DNA from: Sinorhizobium meliloti
GTDB taxonomy: Bacteria; Pseudomonadota; Alphaproteobacteria; Rhizobiales; Rhizobiaceae
NCBI RefSeq assembly: GCF_017876815.1
Contig: NZ_JAGIOS010000002.1
Span: 1,110,001-1,142,000 of the forward strand
Length of the DNA: 32,000 nt
Direction of reading: 5' to 3'
Positions 24,687-32,000 of this stretch are shown here, one piece after another (position 1 is the stretch's first letter; every line of letters starts with the position of its first letter). The notes beneath the pieces are model-generated. The model did no database searches. It had not been told where the DNA came from and saw only the letters and a program-made list of their open reading frames with translations. Both the position numbers and the translations under genes were made by a program.

Positions 24687-25726
24687 CGGGCATGACTGAT
24701 CTCAAAGGCGCGCTGATCGGCTGCGGGTTCTTCGCAGTCAACCAGATGCATGGCTGGCGTGACGCGGAAGGGGCGCGCATCGTTGCCATCTGCGATCGCG
24801 ATCCCGAGAGGCTGAAGGCCGTCGGCGACGCGTTCGGCATCCAGCGGCGCTACACCTCGGCCGAGGACCTTTTTGCCGATGGCGGCTTCGATTTCGTCGA
24901 CATCGCCACGACCGTCGGAAGTCACCGGGGGCTGGTGGAGATGGCCGCACGACACGGGGTCGCGACGATCTGCCAGAAGCCGCTCGCGCCCACCATGGAG
25001 GACGCCAAGGCAATGGTCTCGGCTTGCGCGAAATCAGGCGTGGCGTTCATGGTTCACGAGAATTTCCGCTGGCAGTCGCCGATACGGGCGGTAAAGGCGG
25101 CGATCGACAGCGGCGCGATCGGCGAGGTGTTCTGGGGGCGGGTAAGCTTCCGGTCGGGCTACGACGTCTTTTCCGGCCAGCCCTATCTCGCCACGGGTAA
25201 GCGCTTCATCATCGAGGATCTCGGCATTCATGCGCTCGATGTCGCGCGCTACATCTTCGGCGATGCGACGGCGGTGACCGCGCGCACGCGCCGGATCAAT
25301 CCGGCGATTGCCGGCGAAGACGTCGCAACGATGCTCCTGGACCATGACGGGGGGATCACATCGCTCGTCGACTGCAGCTACGCGACCAAGCTGCCGATCG
25401 AGCCTTTCCCCGAGACCCTCATGGAGGTGGACGGGAGCAAGGGCACCTTGCGGCTGACGCAGGGCTATCACCTTGCCGTTCACTCGAAGGGCGCTACGAA
25501 ATTGACGAATGTGGAACCGCCCGCCCTTTCCTGGGCGTCGCCTCCCTGGCACAACATCCAGGAGAGCGTCGCGCTCATCCAGCAGCATTGGATCGAAGCC
25601 TTGCGTGCCGGACGCGAGCCGGATACGTCCGGCCGCGACAATCTCGAGACCTTCGCCCTGGTGGAGGCCTCCTATCTGAGCGCGGCGGAAGGACGGACCG
25701 TTTCACTCGCGGAGGTTCTCGGATGA
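24683..25726 (+). CDS. Gfo/Idh/MocA-family NAD(P)-dependent sugar dehydrogenase
   Basis: N-terminal Rossmann fold (ALIGCGFFAVNQMHGWRD..IVAICDRDPERL) and ..ICQKPLAPTMEDAKAMV.. Start is GTG 24683 (overlapping the permease stop) or ATG 24692. Confidence 0.9.
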   Translation: MTGMTDLKGALIGCGFFAVNQMHGWRDAEGARIVAICDRDPERLKAVGDAFGIQRRYTSAEDLFADGGFDFVDIATTVGSHRGLVEMAARHGVATICQKPLAPTMEDAKAMVSACAKSGVAFMVHENFRWQSPIRAVKAAIDSGAIGEVFWGRVSFRSGYDVFSGQPYLATGKRFIIEDLGIHALDVARYIFGDATAVTARTRRINPAIAGEDVATMLLDHDGGITSLVDCSYATKLPIEPFPETLMEVDGSKGTLRLTQGYHLAVHSKGATKLTNVEPPALSWASPPWHNIQESVALIQQHWIEALRAGREPDTSGRDNLETFALVEASYLSAAEGRTVSLAEVLG

Positions 25727-27642
25727 CGGTCTCCCGTGCCTTTCTCCTTTTAGGTACCGACGAGAAGGAGCCCGAGGCGCGCAGGATCGAGGCAGGCCGC
25801 TTGAGCGCCGATTTCGCGGGCGGCAATCTGCGCACGATCCGTCTTGCCGGCAAGGAGGTGCTCAGGGCCATCTCCTTTCTCGTCCGGGACCGGGATTGGG
25901 GCACCTGCGAGGCCGAAATCGGCGATCTGACGGTGGAGGAGGGCCAGACCGGGACAGTCGTTCGGTACTCCGCCAGGTTCCGGTCGCCGGACGGGGCTCT
26001 TCTCGATTGCAGCGCGACTATTGACCTGAAGCCCGACCGCCTCGTCTTCGACGCGCGTTTCACGCCGGACCGCGATTTCGAAACGGCACGCGCCGGCTTC
26101 GCAGTCCTGCATCCGATCGTCGGTGTGGCAGGGCGGCCGGTCGAGGTCGAGCATGGAGACGGCACGGTCGAACGATCGGTCTTCCCGGACCTCATCGAGC
26201 CCTGGCAGCCGTTCAAGGACATCGCGGCGATTACCCACGAAGTTTCGCCGGGCATCGAGGCCGAGTGCCGCTTCGCCGGCGACGTGTTCGAGATGGAGGA
26301 CCAGCGGAACTGGACCGACGGTTCCTACAAGACCTACGTGCGCCCGCTGGAACTGCGTTGGCCCTATCTGCTGCAGGCGAGAGAGACGGTCCACCAGAGC
26401 GTGATGCTGTCGATCCGCACGTCGGGGGAGGCGCTTGCGTTGGAAGAGCGAGGGCAGGAAAATATCCGTCTCTCCCTCAGGCACAACGCAGGGAGGCTGC
26501 CTCAGATGGGCATCGGCCTGCGTCCCGACGCTGCCGCCGAGGAGCTACGCAATGCGGGGCTTCTGAAGCAGGTGGGCGCACGGCATCTCGTCTGCCATTT
26601 CGACCCGGATGCCGGTCACGGCCTGGCTGACCTTCGGCACTTCCGAGGCGTGGCCGACGCGTCGGGCTGCGCGGTGACGCTCGAATGTTTCGTTCCATGC
26701 AAGCGACCCCTCGATGAGGAACTCGGCGAGATCGCGCAGCTTGTGCGCCAGAGCGGCATCGAGCTCGCAAGCCTGGCCGTCTCTCCCTCGGTCGACCGGC
26801 AGTCGACCCCGCCCGGTAGCGTCTGGCCGGAATGCCCGCCGCTCGAAGACATCTATGCGGCCGCTCGCAAAGCGTTTCCAGGCGTACCGCTCGGCGGCGG
26901 CATGTTCAGCTATTTCACCGAGCTCAACCGTAAGCGGGTGCCCGCCGAAGGACTTTCCTACGTCACCCACTGCACCAACCCGATCGTCCATGCGGCCGAC
27001 GACACGAGCGTGATGCAGACCTTCGAGGCGTTGCGGGACGTAACCCGGTCCGTGCGCGCGATCTATGGCGCGAAGCCCTATCGCATCGGTCCTTCCACGA
27101 TCGCCATGCGCCAGAACCCCTATGGCAGTGCGACGAAGGACAATCCGTTCGGCAAGCGGATCGCCATGGCGGCGAGGGACCCCCGACATAACGCTCTCTT
27201 CGGCGCTGCCTGGACGCTTGCCTATGCCGCGACGGTTGCCGATGCGGAGCCCGAGCTATTGACGCTTTCGACGCTTGCCGGACCATCCGGGCTGATCGCC
27301 GGCGCCGGGGAGCCCGTCGAAGCCGGTCGGGCGAGGCCGCTGTTTCATGTTCTCAACTGGCTCGCGCAGCTGTCGGACGGGTTGCGGATCGCGGTCGAAA
27401 CATCCGCGCCCGAATGCGTTGCCGGCCTTGGTGCGACGTTGAATCGAACGACCACCTTGTTGCTTGCCAATCTCACACCCGATCTGCAACGAGTGATGCT
27501 TCCCGAGGCCGGCGCGCGTAGGATCACGCTTCTCGACGAGACCTGGCTGCGCGATGGCGCGGGAGAACCGGAGGCGATAGCGCACCAAAGCGACAGTCTC
27601 GACCTGCCCGCTTATGCGGCTGCCCGCATCGACATCCTGTGA
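25723..27642 (+). CDS. uncharacterised 639-aa protein, translationally coupled to the dehydrogenase
   Basis: ATG 25723 overlaps the upstream stop (ATGA). The long ORF has GC3-rich codon usage consistent with its neighbours. No signal peptide, TM segment or motif that I recognise. The track ORF's 45 extra N-terminal codons overlap the upstream gene. Confidence 0.75.
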   Translation: MTVSRAFLLLGTDEKEPEARRIEAGRLSADFAGGNLRTIRLAGKEVLRAISFLVRDRDWGTCEAEIGDLTVEEGQTGTVVRYSARFRSPDGALLDCSATIDLKPDRLVFDARFTPDRDFETARAGFAVLHPIVGVAGRPVEVEHGDGTVERSVFPDLIEPWQPFKDIAAITHEVSPGIEAECRFAGDVFEMEDQRNWTDGSYKTYVRPLELRWPYLLQARETVHQSVMLSIRTSGEALALEERGQENIRLSLRHNAGRLPQMGIGLRPDAAAEELRNAGLLKQVGARHLVCHFDPDAGHGLADLRHFRGVADASGCAVTLECFVPCKRPLDEELGEIAQLVRQSGIELASLAVSPSVDRQSTPPGSVWPECPPLEDIYAAARKAFPGVPLGGGMFSYFTELNRKRVPAEGLSYVTHCTNPIVHAADDTSVMQTFEALRDVTRSVRAIYGAKPYRIGPSTIAMRQNPYGSATKDNPFGKRIAMAARDPRHNALFGAAWTLAYAATVADAEPELLTLSTLAGPSGLIAGAGEPVEAGRARPLFHVLNWLAQLSDGLRIAVETSAPECVAGLGATLNRTTTLLLANLTPDLQRVMLPEAGARRITLLDETWLRDGAGEPEAIAHQSDSLDLPAYAAARIDIL

Positions 27643-27686
27643 TTCACGCCAGTGGAATGAAGGCTTGAGCGCGAAAGCGCGAGAGC

Positions 27687-27706
27687 GATGACTCCTGATG
27701 ACTCCT
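27687..27706 (+). repeat. perfect tandem 10-bp direct repeat GATGACTCCT x2 upstream of the signalling operon
   Basis: GATGACTCCT at 27687-27696 and again at 27697-27706, 59 nt upstream of ATG 27765. Confidence 0.6.
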
Positions 27707-27764
27707 TCCACGTGCCCTCCTGTGGTATCATCTCTGCTTGCGCTTCCTTCTGGGGGGTAAGAAA

Positions 27765-28523
27765 ATGGAAGCTCTTGCAGCCCTGGCGCGAAACTGCATC
27801 GTCACGCTGTTGTGCGGTTGCGCGCTCTTCGCACCTTCGCTTGCTGCCGAGGAGGCCGATGATGTCGCGACCGGGACGCGGCTTGCCGAGCTGTTGCGTG
27901 CCGCTCGAAACGTCCTTTCGAATTACCAGTCGCTCATCAATGACCCGGCCCTCGGAGACAAGAAACTCGACGGTGAGCGTTTCACGGCCGAAGCGATCGC
28001 CCTTTATGGCGAGCGCACCGGCCATCCATTGATCTCGGATGATCTCGGCGATCGCGACCGCAAGCTTCTGCAGGCGCAGGTCGAGGCGATGCGGGAAGTC
28101 GTGAATGAGCAGCAGGACGACATAAACCGCCCCGGGATCGGGTTCAAAGGTTTCGTGCCGGCCATTTTCGCGCGTCTGATGAACGAGAAATTTGCCGTCA
28201 AGGCGGGCAATGAGGCGCTGGTCCGCGTTACGGCGCCGGAGGTTCTGGTGCGCAACCGCAAGTCGCTTCCCGATGCCTGGGAGGCGCGAGTCATCAACGA
28301 GGTCTTCTCGGATCCGCAGAGGCCGAAGGGTGAACTCTATACGGAAGTGACGCAGGTGAACGGCCGCCCGGCTTTCCGGATGCTGCTGCCGGAATATTAC
28401 ACGGAGTCCTGCCTTTCCTGTCACGGCTCGCCGAAGGGTGAAATCGACGTCACCGGCTATCCGAAGGAAGGCGGCAAGGCGGGCGATCTGGGCGGTGCCA
28501 TCAGCATCGTCCTGTTCAAATGA
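27765..28523 (+). CDS. periplasmic c-type-haem protein, DUF3365 (Tll0287-like)
   Basis: Signal peptide [31 protein letters not shown] single CXXCH motif (CLSCH, 28410-28424) lies near the C-terminus. Overall similarity to DUF3365 proteins is from memory. The stop overlaps the kinase start. Confidence 0.8.
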   Translation: MEALAALARNCIVTLLCGCALFAPSLAAEEADDVATGTRLAELLRAARNVLSNYQSLINDPALGDKKLDGERFTAEAIALYGERTGHPLISDDLGDRDRKLLQAQVEAMREVVNEQQDDINRPGIGFKGFVPAIFARLMNEKFAVKAGNEALVRVTAPEVLVRNRKSLPDAWEARVINEVFSDPQRPKGELYTEVTQVNGRPAFRMLLPEYYTESCLSCHGSPKGEIDVTGYPKEGGKAGDLGGAISIVLFK

Positions 28524-31273
28524 GTGCGCTCGGGCATGAGCTCCGGTCGACAGAGGCCGCCCGGCCCGCGAAAAGGCTCGACAGCCGGATCACCGATCTG
28601 CCGATCTCTGCCCGCGTGGCCGCGCTCACAGCGGCCGGCCTGATCAGCCTTGTCCTTTCATCCCTGTTTCTCACGCAGGCGCTTTATCGCAGCGCCGAGC
28701 GCATGGCCGAAACAAGGGAGCTTTTCGACCGGGCAGCATCGGCAGCATCGGCCCATGTGGCATTCGGCGACCTCAGATACTGGTTGACCGATCTCTCCGT
28801 CAGTCTGCTGATGAACTCCCAGCGCAACGCCGATGAGGCCCGCGAACGGTTGCAGGAGCAATTGGCGGGCCTTGCAAAGCACGCGCCGGAGGCGGTGGAG
28901 GCAATTCGTACGGAAGTCGACGCCTATGTCGAAACGGCTCTGCAGGCAGCCGACAGCTACACCCAGGACAACCGCATCGTCGGTAACGCCTTGCTGGCAA
29001 AGGCGCGCACCCACAGCGGCAAGGTCGATGCGGATCTCAACAGGCTCGTGGAACAGGTAAAGGCCGAGGCGGAAGCGGCCCGCAACGAGGTTGTCGTGCA
29101 AACCGAGAAGACAGCCACGACCGCGGCCATCCTGGTGGGCGGAGTGGTGTTGATCGGTTCGCTGCTCACGCTTCTCGTCCTGCGCTCGATCGTCGGCCCG
29201 CTGCGGCGCCTCAATCGCGTCATCGGCGACCTGACGGAGGGACGTTACGACGTCGATATCCCCGAAGAGGGCGGCGATGAACTGGGAGCAATGGCAAGGA
29301 CGCTTTCGCTTTTCCGGGAAAGCGCGATCGAAAAGAAAAAACTCGAAGACGAAGCGGAGCGGCAGCGCCGGACGATCGCAGCCGCGCTCGAGGTGATCTC
29401 GGATGGCTTCGTCCTCTATGATTCCGAGGACAGGATCCTGGTCGCCAACAGCAAATATTGCGAAATCTTCCCGAGCCACAAGCCGAATACGCTTCGCGGC
29501 AGGAGCTTCCGCGAAATCGTGGAGCAGAACCTGGAAATGGGTCAGGTGGATCTCGAAGGCAAGTCGCCGCAAGAGTGGGTCGACGAGCGCGTAAGGCTGC
29601 ATCGGGACCCTGCCGGCCTCGTCGACGAGAAGCGGTTCGGCGACAAGTGGGTCCGCATAAGCAAACGCAAGATTCCGGACGGAGGAACGGTCGCCGTCTA
29701 CACCGACATCACCGAGCTCAAGCAGCGGCAGGTCGAACTCGAGCGCGCGAAGAGCCACGCAGAGTCGGCAAACGAGGCCAAGAGCCGGTTCCTCGCCTCC
29801 ATGAGCCACGAGTTGCGCACGCCCCTCAACGCGATCATCGGCTACAGCGAGATGCTGATAGAGGAGGCACGCGATCATGAAGATGAGGAGCTTGTCCCGG
29901 ACCTCGACAAGATAGCGTCCGCGGGTCGCCATCTTCTTTCGCTCATCAACGACATCCTCGACCTGTCGAAGATCGAGGCGAACAAGATGGAGGTTTTCCT
30001 CGAGACCTTCAGCGTTGCCGACTTGCTCCGTGACGTAGCAGCGACAGTCGCGCCGTTGATGGCCCGGAACGGAAACGAGTTCACGCAGGATTTCGAGGCC
30101 GATCTCGGCGAGATGCATTCCGACCAGACCAAGCTGCGCCAGAACCTTTTCAACTTGCTCAGCAATGCGGCCAAGTTCACGAATGGCGGGCGGGTGACCC
30201 TGAGGGTCCGGCGGGAGCAAAGAGCGGACCGCGACTGGCTTGTGTTCCAGGTCACCGACACCGGCATAGGCATGTCACCGGAGCAGCAGGAACGGCTTTT
30301 CAATGCCTTCACCCAGGCCGATGCCTCCACCACCCGAAACTACGGCGGCACGGGCCTGGGCTTAAGCATCACGCGCAGCTTCTGCCGCATGATAGGCGGC
30401 GTCGTCACCGTCGAAAGCGAAGTCGGCAAGGGTTCCGTGTTCACCATGGAGGTGCCGGCACAGTGCGAGAGAGAGGCCGACGGATCGCCGGCCGAACCCG
30501 TGCCGCAAGTTGGGTCGGGCCGCACCGCACTCATCATCGACGATGAGCCGGCTGCCCGCGGCCTTATCGCAAAGGCGCTCGCAGAAGCGGGCCTCGCTTC
30601 GATCGAGGCGTCGAACGGACAGGAAGGATTGGCTGCCGCACGCAAGCACCGGCCAGACGCGATCATTCTCGACATCATCATGCCGCATCAGGACGGCTGG
30701 TCGGTCCTGCGCGCCCTGAAGAACGATCCCGAATTATGCACGATCCCGGTGATCTTGGCGACGATCCTGGCGGATCGCGAACTGGGTCTTTCGCTCGGCG
30801 CGGTCGAGTATCTGACGAAGCCGATCGATACCGATAAGCTGGTCCGGACGATCGAGACATTCGGGGGCGGCAAGCACGACGTTCTCGTCGTCGACGACGA
30901 CCAGGCCTCCCGCGAGTTTCTCCGGCGCATTTTGGTCAAGAGAAAGTGGACAGTACACGAAGCGGGCGACGGCATCCGAGGACTGGAAATGATGAAGCGG
31001 ATTCTGCCGCGTCTCGTCCTGCTCGACCTTCTGATGCCGGAAATGGATGGATTCCAGACGCTCAGCGAAATGCAGAGGATTCCGGAGCTGCAGAACATTC
31101 CGGTGGTGGTGGTCACGTCGAAGGACCTCTCCGCAAGCGAGCTGAAATGGTTGCGCGACCGGGCGGTCGCTGTCGTGAACAAGGGCGCAAACAGCCGCTC
31201 CCAGCTGGTCGCGGCACTCGAACGTCAGATCGGATCGGGCGCTTCGGTCGGCAAAGCCCTCGCGGACGGCTGA
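28520..31273 (+). CDS. hybrid sensor histidine kinase (2 TM, periplasmic helical domain, HAMP, PAS, HisKA, HATPase_c, REC, REC)
   Basis: ATGA overlap with the upstream gene. H-box is [18 protein letters not shown] (His codon 29807-29809), N-box is [11 protein letters not shown]-boxes are DTGIGM / GGTGLGLSI. Two receiver domains are present (..[13 protein letters not shown].. and ..LVLLDLLMP..). Confidence 0.93.
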   Translation: MSALGHELRSTEAARPAKRLDSRITDLPISARVAALTAAGLISLVLSSLFLTQALYRSAERMAETRELFDRAASAASAHVAFGDLRYWLTDLSVSLLMNSQRNADEARERLQEQLAGLAKHAPEAVEAIRTEVDAYVETALQAADSYTQDNRIVGNALLAKARTHSGKVDADLNRLVEQVKAEAEAARNEVVVQTEKTATTAAILVGGVVLIGSLLTLLVLRSIVGPLRRLNRVIGDLTEGRYDVDIPEEGGDELGAMARTLSLFRESAIEKKKLEDEAERQRRTIAAALEVISDGFVLYDSEDRILVANSKYCEIFPSHKPNTLRGRSFREIVEQNLEMGQVDLEGKSPQEWVDERVRLHRDPAGLVDEKRFGDKWVRISKRKIPDGGTVAVYTDITELKQRQVELERAKSHAESANEAKSRFLASMSHELRTPLNAIIGYSEMLIEEARDHEDEELVPDLDKIASAGRHLLSLINDILDLSKIEANKMEVFLETFSVADLLRDVAATVAPLMARNGNEFTQDFEADLGEMHSDQTKLRQNLFNLLSNAAKFTNGGRVTLRVRREQRADRDWLVFQVTDTGIGMSPEQQERLFNAFTQADASTTRNYGGTGLGLSITRSFCRMIGGVVTVESEVGKGSVFTMEVPAQCEREADGSPAEPVPQVGSGRTALIIDDEPAARGLIAKALAEAGLASIEASNGQEGLAAARKHRPDAIILDIIMPHQDGWSVLRALKNDPELCTIPVILATILADRELGLSLGAVEYLTKPIDTDKLVRTIETFGGGKHDVLVVDDDQASREFLRRILVKRKWTVHEAGDGIRGLEMMKRILPRLVLLDLLMPEMDGFQTLSEMQRIPELQNIPVVVVTSKDLSASELKWLRDRAVAVVNKGANSRSQLVAALERQIGSGASVGKALADG

Positions 31274-31297
31274 ACATAGGCAGGAGGAGAGCCGCAA

Positions 31298-31663
31298 ATG
31301 ACGAAAATCCTTCTGGTGGAAGACAATGAAATGAACCGCGACATGCTTTCGCGGCGGCTGTCCCGCCGGGGCTTCGACGTGCTGATTGCTGAAAACGGAA
31401 AGGCCGGCGTCGAACTTGCCGAATCGCAAAAGCCGGACCTGATCCTCATGGATATGAGCCTGCCGGTGATGGACGGCTGGGAAGCGACACGACGGATCAA
31501 GGCCAATCCGCTGACATCCGCAATACCGGTCATCGCCCTGACGGCGCATGCAATGGCAAGCGACCGGGAGATGGCGCTTGAAGCCGGCTGCGACGATTAC
31601 GACAGCAAGCCGGTCGACTTGCCCCAGCTCGTTCGCAAGATCGAGCAGCTGCTCGCGATATAG
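31298..31663 (+). CDS. single-domain (CheY-like) response regulator
   Basis: AGGAGGAG lies upstream. The 121-aa REC domain reads ILLVEDNEMN..DLILMDMSLPVMDGWE..ALTAHA..DSKP. Confidence 0.92.
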   Translation: MTKILLVEDNEMNRDMLSRRLSRRGFDVLIAENGKAGVELAESQKPDLILMDMSLPVMDGWEATRRIKANPLTSAIPVIALTAHAMASDREMALEAGCDDYDSKPVDLPQLVRKIEQLLAI

Positions 31664-31671
31664 GTGGGAAG

Positions 31672-32000
31672 ATGACCGCCGGCAACGACTTCCAGCACCA
31701 GGCGATCGCCGCTCACGTGGCCCAGAGATTGGCCGGTCCGGCGCGGGCAATCCTGGGTTTCCAGGAACTGCTGGTCGAGCAGGCGCGGGATCTCGGTTTG
31801 ATCCATATAAAGGGCGATCTCGACCGGATCGGTGCTGCAGCACGGCAACTGAACGGCTTTATCGATCGCCTTCTCGAGGGCGCGGCCTGCCCTCTGGAGG
31901 AAGGAGAAGCGGAGGCTGAGGCAAGACTCCGCCACGACCTGCGCACGCCGCTCAACGCCATCATAGGCTATTCCGAAATGATCCTCGAAGAGGCAAGCGA
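31672..32000 (+). CDS. histidine-kinase-like protein, N-terminal part (3' end outside window)
   Basis: ATG 31672 lies 8 nt after the RR stop and the frame stays open to the window end. It contains a canonical H-box, [21 protein letters not shown], preceded by a degenerate H-box-like segment, AHVAQRLAGPARAILGFQELLVEQ. Confidence 0.7.
   Translation, partial: MTAGNDFQHQAIAAHVAQRLAGPARAILGFQELLVEQARDLGLIHIKGDLDRIGAAARQLNGFIDRLLEGAACPLEEGEAEAEARLRHDLRTPLNAIIGYSEMILEEAS

Overview
High-GC window that looks alphaproteobacterial (Rhizobiaceae-like: Sinorhizobium, Ensifer or Rhizobium), with accessory-type transport, catabolism and signalling content. I saw no rRNA or tRNA genes, CRISPR arrays, transposases, integrases or recognisable defence genes. 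Gene order: arylsulfatase 3' end (+); BCCT osmolyte transporter (-); a decayed spacer holding a DUF2950 C-terminal remnant; formylglycine-generating enzyme (+); DUF900 alpha/beta-hydrolase lipoprotein plus outer-membrane beta-barrel (+); divergent TetR/MFS pair with a triple palindromic operator; a 1.6 kb stretch (8.6-10.2 kb) with a small membrane protein, three tiny ORFs with strong SDs and a structured non-coding tail; AraC regulator with a two-subunit (2Fe-2S plus molybdopterin, Tat-exported) IorAB-type oxidoreductase (-); TetR, MFP and RND efflux operon (-); a 7-gene rare-sugar cluster (NAD-dependent 6PGDH-like enzyme, RbsB-like SBP, DUF2291 lipoprotein, ATPase, permease, Gfo/Idh/MocA dehydrogenase, uncharacterised 639-aa protein); then a signalling operon (periplasmic c-type-haem DUF3365 protein, hybrid histidine kinase with two REC domains, single-domain response regulator, second kinase-like gene running off the window). 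The most unusual signal is at 8.6-10.1 kb. Four hand-found matches to the alphaproteobacterial general-stress sigma (EcfG/RpoE2) promoter GGAAC-N16-xGTT lie within 1.4 kb. They sit in front of tiny ORFs and, on the minus strand, in front of a hairpin-rich segment carrying three CCUCC-type anti-Shine-Dalgarno motifs, including an exact CCUCCUCCC. That motif is the hallmark of alpha-r14/'cuckoo'/CcsR/NfeR1-type sRNAs. A 25-nt near-identical direct repeat (4302-4326 and 10125-10149) brackets the intervening 5.8 kb. All calls come from reading the sequence and ORF translations by eye; no searches were run. Family names are recollection-based and exact starts are approximate.
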